Assembly: GCA_035311125.1 (NCBI GenBank)
Contig: DATGDE010000064.1
Location: 1 to 51,905, forward strand
DNA length: 51,905 nucleotides
From: Gemmatimonadales bacterium
Lineage (GTDB): Bacteria; Gemmatimonadota; Gemmatimonadetes; Gemmatimonadales; GWC2-71-9
Direction: 5' to 3'
Position 1 is the first letter of the stretch. Each line of letters begins with the position of its first letter. This document shows positions 1 through 11,414 of this stretch, one piece after another. Below the pieces are notes generated by a model, which searched no databases, was not told the DNA's origin, and worked only from the letters and a program-made list of their open reading frames with translations. Position numbers and translations under genes: made by a program.

Positions 1-138
1 GACGAACCGCCCGTCCATGACGTCCACGTGCAGCCAGTCCGCTCCGCCGTCCAGCACGGCCCGCACCTGTTCGGCGAGACGCGTGAGATCGGCGGACAGG
101 ACGCTCGGCGCGATACGGATGCCCGGTCCGTCGCTCAC
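1..138 (-). CDS. rpe: ribulose-phosphate 3-epimerase, N-terminal fragment (gene runs off left window edge)
   Basis: Not in the ORF track because it is too short. Hand translation of the minus strand from GTG 138..136 gives [46 protein letters not shown], the classic Rpe N-terminus (IAPSxLSAD, HxDxMDGxFV). GTGA overlap with the stop of the upstream PASTA gene. Confidence 0.75.
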   Translation of the reverse strand, partial: MSDGPGIRIAPSVLSADLTRLAEQVRAVLDGGADWLHVDVMDGRFV

Positions 139-935
139 TGCGGGCTCCGGGCCACGATCACGTCCACCAGCGTCCCGGGGGCCGCGAGGGTTCCGGCTGC
201 CGGCCGCTGCGCCACGACCGTGCCCGGCGTGACATTGGCGGTGCGCTGTCGTGTCACCCCGCCGATGGCGAGCCCGGCGGCCTCGAGTCGCGCGCGCGCG
301 TCCACGGGCGAGAGTCCCAGCAGATCCGGGACGGTGATGGTCGGCGCGCCGCGACTGACGACGAGACCGACGCCGCTCCCCGGGACCAGCGTGGTGGCGG
401 CGGCCGGACGCGTGAGCATCGTCTGCCCGGTGGGCACCGCCGCCTGCACCGATTCCACCCGGCTTACCGCGAGCCCCGCCGCCGCAATCAGTTTGGTGGC
501 GAGGGAGGCGCTGAGTCCCGTGACGTCCGGCACCGGCACGCGGGGCGGTCCGGCGCTCGTCACCAGCGCCACCTTCAGGTTCGCCGGCGCTTCCACGCCC
601 GGAGGCGGATCCTGCCAGATGACGGTCCCCGCCGGCGCCGACGGGTGAGTCGCCGTCCCGTTGTCGATGGTGCCGAGCCGGGAGGCCGTCAGCGTGTGCT
701 GGGCGTCGGCGAGCGGCATCCCGAGCACGCGCGGGACCTGCTGGTGGTGCGGGAAGATCGGCGCGGGGAACACGAGAAACGCCGCGATCAGGTAGCCGGC
801 CACGGCGGCGATGCCGAGCCAGAACGCCCAGCGCAACGCCTGGTCGCGCGTGATGGGCGGCAGGCGCCGCAGCCGCGGAAATACCCGTGGGAGATGCCAG
901 TCCTTGAGCGGTGGCATGTGACGCCGCAGCTGCAT
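135..935 (-). CDS. membrane-anchored PASTA-domain protein (three PASTA repeats, no kinase or PBP domain)
   Basis: C-terminal part of track ORF 135..1418. ATG at 935..933 forms an ATGA overlap with the rsmB stop. One TM helix ([21 protein letters not shown]) is followed by three ~65-aa repeats with the PASTA pattern (VPxVxGxxxxxAxxxLxxxGL). Confidence 0.75.
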   Translation of the reverse strand: MQLRRHMPPLKDWHLPRVFPRLRRLPPITRDQALRWAFWLGIAAVAGYLIAAFLVFPAPIFPHHQQVPRVLGMPLADAQHTLTASRLGTIDNGTATHPSAPAGTVIWQDPPPGVEAPANLKVALVTSAGPPRVPVPDVTGLSASLATKLIAAAGLAVSRVESVQAAVPTGQTMLTRPAAATTLVPGSGVGLVVSRGAPTITVPDLLGLSPVDARARLEAAGLAIGGVTRQRTANVTPGTVVAQRPAAGTLAAPGTLVDVIVARSPQ

Positions 936-2218
936 CAGGGTTTCTCTCCTCGCACCAGTCGCGCTGCATACGCGCCGTCGATGCCGTGCCGCTGGGGCAG
1001 CGAGTGGAAGTCCCCGGCGACGCTCAACAGCGTGGCCGGGACCGATTCGCTCACCGTGGACCGTGTAAACTCGGGGTGCCGCTCCAGGAACGCCTCCACC
1101 TGTCGTTCGTTCTCCTCCGGCTCGAGGGAGCACGTGGCGTAGATCAGCACGCCGCCCGCCCGCATCAGCCCGGCCGCCGCCTCGAGCAGGGCCGCCTGGC
1201 GCCGCGCGAGGCCGGTGATCGCCGCCGCCGTGATCCGCCAGCGCGCATCGGGGTGACGCGCCATCGTACCGGTCGCGCTGCAGGGAGCGTCGAGCAGGAC
1301 CGCGTCCCAGCTCCCGGGGGGAAACGGCGCGCTGCGAAGATCCGCCACGACGACGGGTACCGCTACTCCGGTTCGTCCCAGCGTCTCCCGCAGGCGCCCG
1401 AGCCGCGGGCGGCGCCACTCCCCGGCGGTGACCCGGGCCCCGCCTTGCGCGAGCGCCACGGCCTTGCCTCCCGGGGCGGCGCAGGCGTCGTACAATCTCG
1501 CACCGGGCGGCACCGCGGCGAAGCGGCAGACGAGGGCCGCCGCGGGGTCCTGGACGATGAAGGCGCCCGCTTCGTACCCCGGAAGGCTCCGGGGGAGCGG
1601 GGAGCGGGGGGCGGTCGGAGCTCGGGAAATGGTGAACCCTGCGCCGAAGGGGGCTTCAAGTACCCCGTACCCGGCGGACGCCAAGCTCGACCGCAAGGTT
1701 GCGGCACCCGTGCGAACTGGCTGAACCACCAGCGAAGGCTTGCGATCGTTCCACTCGACGAGCCGGGCCGTCTCCTCGTCACCGAACTGCCGCCGCCATC
1801 GGGACAGGAGCCAGTCCGGGTGCGATCCGACCGCCCCCCGCTCCTCGCTCCCCGCGGTCGCCAGCTTCCGGAGCGCCTGGTTCACGTAGCGCGCCGCCGG
1901 TTCCCCCGCCGTCTCGCGCGCCAGCTCCACACTGGTCGAGACGGCGGCGTGGGTGGGAACGCGCTCCAGGCGGCGCAGCTGGTAGACGCCGAGGCGCAGG
2001 ATGTCGTGCAGGCGGGGATCGGTGTGGCGCAGATCGAGCGCGTCGTCCAGGCTGCGCCGCCAGCGCAACACGCCGGCCGACAGCTCGTGAGCCAGCCGCC
2101 GGTCGCGCTCCGGCAGCGCGCGCACCGCGCGATCGCGCGCGTCCGAGAACGGCGTCCCGGCGCCGACCGCTCGCAGAATGTCGAGGGCCGCGCGGCGCGC
2201 GGCGGTCGGTCCCTTAAT
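935..2218 (-). CDS. rsmB: 16S rRNA (cytosine967-C5)-methyltransferase RsmB/Sun
   Basis: Track ORF 935..2125 has a NusB-like N-domain and a SAM methyltransferase core ([23 protein letters not shown]). The conserved N-terminal helix ([14 protein letters not shown]) lies upstream of the first canonical start (GTG 2125). I therefore extend to ATT 2218, which overlaps the thiG stop. The start is uncertain. Confidence 0.8.
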   Translation of the reverse strand: MKGPTAARRAALDILRAVGAGTPFSDARDRAVRALPERDRRLAHELSAGVLRWRRSLDDALDLRHTDPRLHDILRLGVYQLRRLERVPTHAAVSTSVELARETAGEPAARYVNQALRKLATAGSEERGAVGSHPDWLLSRWRRQFGDEETARLVEWNDRKPSLVVQPVRTGAATLRSSLASAGYGVLEAPFGAGFTISRAPTAPRSPLPRSLPGYEAGAFIVQDPAAALVCRFAAVPPGARLYDACAAPGGKAVALAQGGARVTAGEWRRPRLGRLRETLGRTGVAVPVVVADLRSAPFPPGSWDAVLLDAPCSATGTMARHPDARWRITAAAITGLARRQAALLEAAAGLMRAGGVLIYATCSLEPEENERQVEAFLERHPEFTRSTVSESVPATLLSVAGDFHSLPQRHGIDGAYAARLVRGEKP

Positions 2219-3017
2219 CCAGCATCCCCTCGAGCGGTGACGACGGCATGGCGACCTCGCGCCGCGGCATCCGCCCCGCCAGAAACGCGGCTCGTCCCGC
2301 CTCGACCGCGAGCCGCATGGCGTGCGCCATCGCGACCGGGTCCTGCGCGGCGGCCAGCGCCGTGTTCATGAGGATGCCGTCCACGCCCTGCTCCATGGTC
2401 ACGCAGGCGTCGGAGGCGGTGCCGACGCCCGCGTCCACCACGACGGGGACGTGGAGCCGGCGTTTGATGGTGCGGACGCTGAACGGGTTCAGCAGGCCGA
2501 GTCCGCTGCCGATCGGCGACGCGAGCGGCATCACCGCCGCCGCGCCCGCTTCCTCCAGGCGCAGCGCGGTGATCAGGTCCTCGTTGGTGTAGGCGAGGAC
2601 CTTGAATCCCTCGCGCACCAGGACGGCGGTGGCCTCGAGCAGCCCCGCCACGTCCGGCAACAGAGTTTCCTGATCGCCGATGACCTCGAGCTTCACGAAC
2701 TCGTTGAAACCCGCCTCGCGGGCGAGTCGCGCATAGCGGATCGCGTCCGCCGCCGAGTAGCAGCCGGCGGTGTTGGCGAGCAGGAAGAAGCGCTTGGGGT
2801 CCAGATGGTGGAGGATGCTCGCGTCACGGCTCCGGTCCAGGTCGACCCGGCGCACGGCCACGGTGACGATCTCGGCGCCGCTGGCCTCGATCGCCCGCAC
2901 CATCTCCTCGTTGCTGCGGTACTTCCCGGTGCCGACCATGAGGCGGGACTGGAACGTGCGCCCGCCCAGCGTGAACGGCGCATCCTTCACGAGCTCCACG
3001 GCCGTGGTCATGCTCAT
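2214..3017 (-). CDS. thiG: thiazole synthase ThiG
   Basis: 267 aa, FTLGGRTFQSRLMVGTGKY ... typical ThiG. ATGA overlap with the thiS stop. Confidence 0.95.
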   Translation of the reverse strand: MSMTTAVELVKDAPFTLGGRTFQSRLMVGTGKYRSNEEMVRAIEASGAEIVTVAVRRVDLDRSRDASILHHLDPKRFFLLANTAGCYSAADAIRYARLAREAGFNEFVKLEVIGDQETLLPDVAGLLEATAVLVREGFKVLAYTNEDLITALRLEEAGAAAVMPLASPIGSGLGLLNPFSVRTIKRRLHVPVVVDAGVGTASDACVTMEQGVDGILMNTALAAAQDPVAMAHAMRLAVEAGRAAFLAGRMPRREVAMPSSPLEGMLD

Positions 3018-3217
3018 CCGCCTCCGACGAAGTGCACCAGCTCGATCGCGTCGTCCGGCGCCAGTCGCTGCCCGGCGAGCTCCGGCCGCCGGACGATCTT
3101 CCGGTTGTGCTCCACCACGACGGCGCGGGGGTCGAGTCCGAGGACCCCGAGCAGGTCGAGCAGAGTTGCGTCCGGCGGCACGGCGCGACGCTCGCCATTG
3201 ACGACGACCTCGATCAT
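3014..3217 (-). CDS. thiS: sulfur carrier protein ThiS
   Basis: Last 67 aa of track ORF 3014..3943: MIEVVVNGERRAVPPDATLLDLL...ELVHFVGGG, with the C-terminal GG of ThiS/MoaD. ATGA overlap with the thiE stop. Confidence 0.85.
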   Translation of the reverse strand: MIEVVVNGERRAVPPDATLLDLLGVLGLDPRAVVVEHNRKIVRRPELAGQRLAPDDAIELVHFVGGG

Positions 3218-3834
3218 TTCCTCTCCCGCTCCAGGGCCTCCAGAAACGCGAGGGCCGCGGCAGCCGGCTCGGGCGCGTCCCACAGGGCGCGGATGGCCGC
3301 CACGCCGTATACCCCAGCCCGGGCCAGATCCCGCGCCCGCTCGGGACGGATGCCCCCGATCGCGATCACCGGGGGCCCGAGCTCCACGATCTCGCGCAGC
3401 CCGTCGACGCCCAGCGGCGTCGCGTCGGGATGCGTGGCGGTCCCGTACACCGGCCCTGCCAGAAGATAGTCGGCTCCCTCGGCCTGCGCGGCACATGCCT
3501 GATCCAGGGAATGCACGGACCGGCCGATCCACCACTGCGGCCCGAGCCGGCGCGCGGCGTCGACCGGGAGGCTGTCCGCGGCGAGCTGCACGCCGGCCGC
3601 TTCCGTGGCCAGGGCCACGTCGAGGCGGTCGTTGACGAACACACGGATGGGAGGATAGCGGGACAGGCGGATGGCGAGTGCGTAGTGCTCGAGCCCGCTC
3701 AGCGAGCGACCGCGGGCATGAAGAGCCACTCCAGCGCCGGCGCGGGCGAGCTCGGAAACGACTCGTTCGAGGTCGGGCCGGCGCGCGACGCGCTCGTCGG
3801 TCACCGCGTGCACCCGGGGGAGGGGCACCCTCAC
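3214..3834 (-). CDS. thiE: thiamine-phosphate synthase ThiE
   Basis: C-terminal 206 aa of track ORF 3214..4389 (VHAVTDE..., VFVNDRLDVALA, GRSVHS, YLLAGPVY.T.TH, IAIGGI). GTG 3834..3832 forms a GTGA overlap with the fmt stop. Confidence 0.85.
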   Translation of the reverse strand: MRVPLPRVHAVTDERVARRPDLERVVSELARAGAGVALHARGRSLSGLEHYALAIRLSRYPPIRVFVNDRLDVALATEAAGVQLAADSLPVDAARRLGPQWWIGRSVHSLDQACAAQAEGADYLLAGPVYGTATHPDATPLGVDGLREIVELGPPVIAIGGIRPERARDLARAGVYGVAAIRALWDAPEPAAAALAFLEALERERK

Positions 3835-4754
3835 GAGAATCGCTGCCCGGCGCCCACCCCGCGGCCGCGGATCCAGTCGGCCGCCGGCATGCGGTCCTTG
3901 CCCGCGGGCTGGACCTCGTCCACCTCCAGCGCGTGATCGCCACACGCGATCAGCAACCGGCCGTCGGCCGGCAGCACCGCTCCAGGCGGACCATCGCGTT
4001 CGACGACGTGGCCGCCGAACAGCTTGACTTCGACTGTCCCGAGCGCCGCCCACGCGCCCGGCTTCGGGTCCAGTGCCCACGTCTGTCGCGCGATCGCGAG
4101 GGCCGGCTTCGTCCAATCGATGCGTGCCGTTTCGCGCGTGAGCTTGGGAGCGTGGGTGGCGCGGGTGTGGTCCTGGGGAACGGGTTTGATCCCCCCCTGC
4201 TCCCACAGGGCGAGCGCTTCGATCAGCGCCTGCGCGCCCATCTCGGCCAGGTGGGCGGACAGCTCCCCGCCCGTGATGCCGGGAGCGATGTGATGGGGGA
4301 GCTGATGGAGGATCGGGCCGGAGTCCATGCCTGCATCGAGCTGCATGATCGTGACGCCGGACGTCTCGAGACCGTTCAGAATGGCCCACTCGACCGGCGC
4401 CGCGCCGCGCAATGCGGGGAGCAGCGAAGGGTGCACGTTCACCATGCCGCGGCGCGGGATGGCCAGCAATTCGGGCCGGAGGATGTGGCCGTAGGCGACG
4501 ACGACGCCCACGTCGGGGGCCAGCGTGCGCAGCCGGTGCAGGAATTCGGGATCGGTGGGCCGTTCGGGCTGCAACACCTCGAGTCCTTCGTCCTGCGCGG
4601 CGACCTTGACCGGGGGCGGCACGGAGGTGGAGCGGGAGCGGCCTTGCGGGCGATCGGGTTGCGTGACCACCGCCTGAACGTCGAACCCTTCGCCGACCAG
4701 GGCACCGAGCGATGGGACGGCGAACTCGGGCGTCCCGAAGAAGACGACGACCAC
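3831..4754 (-). CDS. fmt: methionyl-tRNA formyltransferase
   Basis: VVVVFFGTPEFAVPSL..., NVHPSLLPALRGAAP: Fmt signatures. GTG 4754..4752 overlaps the def TAG by 1 nt, giving about 307 aa, the normal Fmt length. Confidence 0.9.
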   Translation of the reverse strand: MVVVFFGTPEFAVPSLGALVGEGFDVQAVVTQPDRPQGRSRSTSVPPPVKVAAQDEGLEVLQPERPTDPEFLHRLRTLAPDVGVVVAYGHILRPELLAIPRRGMVNVHPSLLPALRGAAPVEWAILNGLETSGVTIMQLDAGMDSGPILHQLPHHIAPGITGGELSAHLAEMGAQALIEALALWEQGGIKPVPQDHTRATHAPKLTRETARIDWTKPALAIARQTWALDPKPGAWAALGTVEVKLFGGHVVERDGPPGAVLPADGRLLIACGDHALEVDEVQPAGKDRMPAADWIRGRGVGAGQRFS

Positions 4755-5298
4755 TAGAGCTCGCCAGCCGGCTCCGGCGTCACCTCCTTGATGTAGCCGG
4801 ATTCGCCCTTGCGGAGTCGTTTCCACCTGGACAGCAGCAACCCCCGCTTCACGGCCGAGAGATGGTCCAGGAAGAGCACGCCGTCCAGGTGATCGATCTC
4901 GTGCTGAATGGCGCGGGCCTGGTAGCCGGTGGCCTCGAGGCGGTAGGGCGCGCCGTCGCGGTCGAGTGCTTCGACCACGATGGAGACCGGCCGCTCGACG
5001 TCGCCGAAGATCTCGGGAATGGACAGGCAGCCTTCTTCTTCGATCTCCGTCGTCGCGCCGCGGCCGACGATCACGGGATTCACGAGCACGAGCGGCTCGG
5101 GCGATTCTTTGCCGACGTCCACCACGGCGACCCGGCGCGCGATGCCCACCTGATTGGCGGCCAGCCCCACGCCTTTGGCGGCGTACATCGTGTCGAAGAG
5201 ATCCTCCACCAGCCGGCGCACCTCGGCGTCCACCGCCGCGACCGGGTCGGCGCGTTGGCGCAGCACGGGAGAGCCGAGCAGGTGGAGCGGGCGCAGGC

Positions 5299-5302
<4 letters not shown>
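4754..5302 (-). CDS. def: peptide deformylase
   Basis: GVGLAANQ, EGCLSIP and HEIDHLDG motifs. ATGA overlap with the yajC stop. Confidence 0.95.
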
Positions 5303-7836
<2,534 letters not shown>

Positions 7837-7840
<4 letters not shown>

Positions 7841-8871
7841 GAGTCGAAGATGCTCGCCTGATCGGGACTCTTCGCGGGCGGCGGAAACCCGAAGTGCCGG
7901 TAGGCGCCCGCGGTCGCGCAGCGGCCGCGCGGCGTGCGCGCCAGGAAGCCCTGCTGCATCAGGAACGGCTCGTAGACCTCTTCCAGCGTCCCCGGATCTT
8001 CGCCGACCGCCGCCGCGATGGTGGTGAGCCCGACCGGTCCGCCGTCGAACTGCTCGATGATCGTCTTGAGGATCCGCGCGTCCATGTCGTCGAGGCCGAA
8101 TTCGTCCACGTCGAGGCGCTTCAGCGCCTCGGCGGCGACGGCGGCGGTGATCGTGCCGCCAGCCCGCACTTGCGCGTAGTCGCGGACCCGCTTGAGCAGC
8201 CGGTTGGCGACGCGCGGGGTGCCGCGGCTGCGGCGGGCGATCTCCGCGATGCCCGCGACGTCCGCCGCGACCCCCAGGATCCCGGCCGAGCGCTTGACGA
8301 TCTGCGCCAGATCGTCGGGCGGGTAGTAGTGCAGCCGCTCGACCAGGCCGAAGCGGGCGCGCATCGGCGGGGTGAGCAGGCCGAACCGCGTCGTCGCGCC
8401 GATCAGGGTGAAGCGCTCGAGCTGCATCGGGATGGTCTGGGCGTGCGGACCTTCCGCGATGCGCACGTCGACGCGGAATTCCTCCATCGCGGGATAGAGG
8501 AACTCCTCCAGCGCGGGACGCAGCCGGTGCACTTCGTCGATGAAGAGAATGTCCCCGGGCTTGAGGCCGGTGAGCATGCCCACGAGGTCGCCGGGGCGCT
8601 CGAGCACCGGCCCGGAGGTGGTGCGGATGTTCACCCCCAGTTCGCGCGCCATGAGCAGCGCGAGCGTGGTCTTGCCCAGGCCGGGGGGCCCGAAGAACAG
8701 GGCGTGATCGAGCGGCTCCTTGCGCTGCTTCGCCGCGTCGATCGCGATCTGGAGGGATTCCTTGACCTTCGCCTGGCCGACGAACTCGTCGAGGCTCGAC
8801 GGGCGCAGGGCCGCGTCGGTGACGCGCTCGTCGGGGAGCGCCTCGGGCGTCGTGACTTCCGGGCGCGCCAC
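7837..8871 (-). CDS. ruvB: Holliday junction branch migration helicase RuvB
   Basis: [12 protein letters not shown], Walker [10 protein letters not shown], Walker B FIDEVHR. Start placed at GTG 8871, just downstream of the Zn-ribbon ORF stop, giving 344 aa, typical for RuvB. The longer track ORF has poor GC3 upstream. Confidence 0.9.
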
Positions 8872-8879
8872 CTGTGCCG

Positions 8880-9065
8880 CTACTTCCCGGCGGGCCGCGC
8901 CCGCCAGCGCACCGGTCGCGCGTCGGCCTCGATCTCGTGCCTGGCGTGGCACGTCACGCACGCATCGGTCGCGCGCGTGACGCCGGCGGGGAGCAGCTTG
9001 CGGTTGGTCACTCCGCAGCGGGTGCAGATCCACTCAGCGGTCACGGAACTCGTCGCGGTCGTCAT
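8880..9065 (-). CDS. small 4-Cys zinc-ribbon protein (61 aa), unknown function
   Basis: [23 protein letters not shown]...[12 protein letters not shown]: CxxC-x18-CxxC. About 56 of 61 codons end in G/C by hand count, versus about 60% for the overlapping ruvB-frame extension. It exactly fills the ruvA-ruvB gap (ruvA TGA, 3 nt, ATG). Confidence 0.6.
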   Translation of the reverse strand: MTTATSSVTAEWICTRCGVTNRKLLPAGVTRATDACVTCHARHEIEADARPVRWRARPAGK

Positions 9066-9068
9066 CGC

Positions 9069-9662
9069 TCACTTGGCTGTCAGGACGTGGAGTGCGCGGC
9101 GCACCAGAGTCTCGGCGTCGGCTTTCGCGCCGTCACCCGCGAGCGCCTGCCGCAGCGCCCGCTCGGCCTCCGGCGCGCCGTACCCCAGCCGCTCGAGCGC
9201 GGCCAGGGCCGACTCGGCGGGGCCCGAGAGGGCGGCTGGCGCCGCGTCGCCCACAAGCTCGCCGAGCTTGTCGCCGAGTTCAAGCGCCAGCCGCTCGGCG
9301 AGCTTGCGGCCCACGCCGCTCACGCTGGAGAGCGTGGCGACGTCCTTCTTCTGGATCGCCCGCGCGCCGCGCTCGGCCCCCAGCGTCGAGAGGAACGCCA
9401 CCGCGATCCTCGGTCCCACGCCGGTCACCGTGAGGAGTCGCTGGAACAGCCGCCGTTCGGCATCCTCGAGAAATCCGTACAGCGCCCAGCCGTCCTCGCG
9501 CACGACCAGCTCCGTGGCGAGCGTCACCGTCTCGCCCAATCCCGGCAGCCGCTCCATCACTCCCAGCGGCACCGTCACCTCGTAGCCGACGCCGCCCGCG
9601 GTGTCCACCACCACGCGGTCGGCGCCCTTGGCGCTGAGCCGGCCCGAGACCGAGGCGATCAC
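9069..9662 (-). CDS. ruvA: Holliday junction DNA-binding protein RuvA
   Basis: VIASVSGRL...GVGYEV...FQRLLTVTGVGPRIA (HhH motifs). GTG 9662 forms a GTGA overlap with the ruvC stop. Confidence 0.9.
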   Translation of the reverse strand: MIASVSGRLSAKGADRVVVDTAGGVGYEVTVPLGVMERLPGLGETVTLATELVVREDGWALYGFLEDAERRLFQRLLTVTGVGPRIAVAFLSTLGAERGARAIQKKDVATLSSVSGVGRKLAERLALELGDKLGELVGDAAPAALSGPAESALAALERLGYGAPEAERALRQALAGDGAKADAETLVRRALHVLTAK

Positions 9663-10147
9663 GAGCGGATGATGTAGGTGAGCGCGACGGCGACGCCGTC
9701 CGCCGCGTCGGCCGGTCGGGGTGCGTGCTTGAGGCGCAGCAGCTGCGCCACCATCGCGCCGACCTGCGCCTTGGGCGCGCCGCCCACGCCCGCCACCGTC
9801 TTCTTCACCATCTTCGGCGCGTACTGCGCGATGTCCAGCCGGTGCTGCTCGGCCGCGAGCAGCACGACGCCGCGCGCGTGGCCCAGCACGAGAGTGGTGC
9901 GGACGTTCTTGTGGTAGAACGCGTCTTCGAGGGCGAGGGCGGTGGGCTGGTGCCGCTCGATCAGCTCGACGATCCCTTCGTGCAGCTCCGCGAGCCGGCG
10001 CGGCAGCGAGGCGTGCCGCGCGAAGCGGATGACGCCGCACTCCACCAGGTGACCGAACCTGCCGCCCACCCCCGACGCGCCGTTGCCGTACTCGACGACA
10101 CCGTAGCCGGTGACCGAGGTTCCCGGGTCGATCCCCAGGACCTTCAC
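9659..10147 (-). CDS. ruvC: crossover junction endodeoxyribonuclease RuvC
   Basis: (M)KVLGIDPGTSVTGYGVV..., 162 aa, with the RuvC catalytic DPG start motif. GTG start 1 nt after the yebC stop. Confidence 0.92.
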   Translation of the reverse strand: MKVLGIDPGTSVTGYGVVEYGNGASGVGGRFGHLVECGVIRFARHASLPRRLAELHEGIVELIERHQPTALALEDAFYHKNVRTTLVLGHARGVVLLAAEQHRLDIAQYAPKMVKKTVAGVGGAPKAQVGAMVAQLLRLKHAPRPADAADGVAVALTYIIRS

Positions 10148-10148
10148 G

Positions 10149-10898
10149 TCACCCGCCGACTTCGGCCATCGCCTCGGCGTCGATGTCGAAGTTCGAGAAC
10201 ACCTTCGCGACGTCGTCCATCTCTTCGAGCGCTTCCATGAGGTTCAGCAGCTTCTTGGCGTCGCCGCCTTCGATCTTCACCGTGCTCTTGGGGAGCAGCG
10301 CGATCTCGGCGCTCTGCACCGGCAGCCGTTTCGCCTTGAGCGCCTCCGCCACCGCGTGCAGGTCGTGCACCGGCGTCGTCACGAGGATCGTGTCGCCGTC
10401 CTTGGCGAAATCGTCCGCTCCCGCATCGAGCGCCGCTTCCATCGCGGCGTCCTCGTCCACCTTGGTGGCGTCGAGGACGATCTGGCCCTTGCGGTCGAAC
10501 ATCCAGGCGACCGAATTGGCGGCGCCGAGATTGCCGCCGTGGCGTGCGAACTGGTGCCGGATGTCGGCGACGGTGCGGTTGGGATTGTCGGTGACGGACT
10601 CGATCAGAATCGCAGCGCCGCCCGGCCCGTAGCCCTCATAGGTGACTTCCTGGTACTCCACGCCCTCGAGCTCGCCCGTGCCCTTCTTGACCGCCCGGTC
10701 GATGTTGTCCCAGGGCATGTTCTCGGCCTTGGCCGCATCGATCGCGGTGCGCAACCGCGGGTTGCCGCCCGGATCCCCGCCGCCGGCCCGCGCCGCGATC
10801 GTGATCTCCCGGATGAGCCGGGTGAACAACGCTCCGCGCTTGGCGTCGGTGACGGCCTTCTTGCGCTTGATCTGCTTCCACTTGCTATGGCCGGCCAT
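10149..10898 (-). CDS. yebC: YebC/PmpR family DNA-binding transcriptional regulator
   Basis: MAGHSKWKQIKRKKAVTDAKRG... is the invariant family N-terminus. Start is the internal ATG 10898 of track ORF 10149..10946. Confidence 0.92.
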   Translation of the reverse strand: MAGHSKWKQIKRKKAVTDAKRGALFTRLIREITIAARAGGGDPGGNPRLRTAIDAAKAENMPWDNIDRAVKKGTGELEGVEYQEVTYEGYGPGGAAILIESVTDNPNRTVADIRHQFARHGGNLGAANSVAWMFDRKGQIVLDATKVDEDAAMEAALDAGADDFAKDGDTILVTTPVHDLHAVAEALKAKRLPVQSAEIALLPKSTVKIEGGDAKKLLNLMEALEEMDDVAKVFSNFDIDAEAMAEVGG

Positions 10899-10906
10899 GT
10901 GGCTGA

Positions 10907-10912
10907 AAAGTA
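10907..10912 (-). promoter_or_regulatory. -10-like hexamer TACTTT, 8 nt upstream of yebC ATG (leaderless-type promoter)
   Basis: Minus-strand reading: ...caagcagTACTTTtcagccacATG. No Shine-Dalgarno in the 8-nt spacer. No convincing -35. Confidence 0.4.
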
Positions 10913-10916
10913 CTGC

Positions 10917-10946
10917 TTGACCGTGCGGCCACGCCACAGGTAGCAT
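10917..10946 (+). promoter_or_regulatory. sigma-70-like promoter TTGACC-18-TAGCAT, 8 nt upstream of ATG 10955
   Basis: TTGACC 10917-10922, TAGCAT 10941-10946, then acccggcg, then ATG. Confidence 0.5.
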
Positions 10947-10954
10947 ACCCGGCG

Positions 10955-11410
10955 ATGCGCTGGCACTTGCTCCCCTTCATCTTCCTCGCTCTGGCGGTGG
11001 CGTGTGATCGCCAGAAGGAGCCGGACCCCCGCGCCATGGTCCAGAAGGCCATGCAGGGGGTGCTCGTCTATCCGCTCTCTACCGAGGTAGGCATCGCGGC
11101 CGGCGCGGACGCGGCTCAGGTGACGCTCGCGACGGTCGATTCCGTGGGGAAAGTCGCCGGCTGGTTCCGCCGGGCGCTGCTGGCCAACGGGTGGACGCTC
11201 GTGAGCGACGTCACCAGCCCCGACGGCTCGATTGCCCTGAGCGCGACCCAGGGGAAGCGGCCGCTGTGGATCACGCTGCATCCCAACGTCGGCGCTCCCG
11301 GCACGACCTATACGGTGATCGGGGCGGTCGTCGCACAGGACTCCGCGGCCGCGAGGGACTCAGGGCGAGTGCCGGCCCGCGACAGCGCGCCGGCTCGCAA
11401 GACCCGGTAG
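10955..11410 (+). CDS. secreted or lipid-anchored hypothetical protein (151 aa)
   Basis: Signal peptide MRWHLLPFIFLALAVAC followed by D. No recognisable family motif. High GC3. Confidence 0.6.
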   Translation: MRWHLLPFIFLALAVACDRQKEPDPRAMVQKAMQGVLVYPLSTEVGIAAGADAAQVTLATVDSVGKVAGWFRRALLANGWTLVSDVTSPDGSIALSATQGKRPLWITLHPNVGAPGTTYTVIGAVVAQDSAAARDSGRVPARDSAPARKTR

Positions 11411-11414
11411 CCCC

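Noticed and set aside
2214-3834. Looked for a TPP (THI-box) riboswitch upstream of thiE-thiS-thiG, and for a preQ1 riboswitch near queA/tgt.
   Set aside because: The genes are joined to their upstream neighbours by 4-nt overlaps (or a 65-nt GC-rich spacer for tgt). No non-coding segment is long enough to hold these elements.
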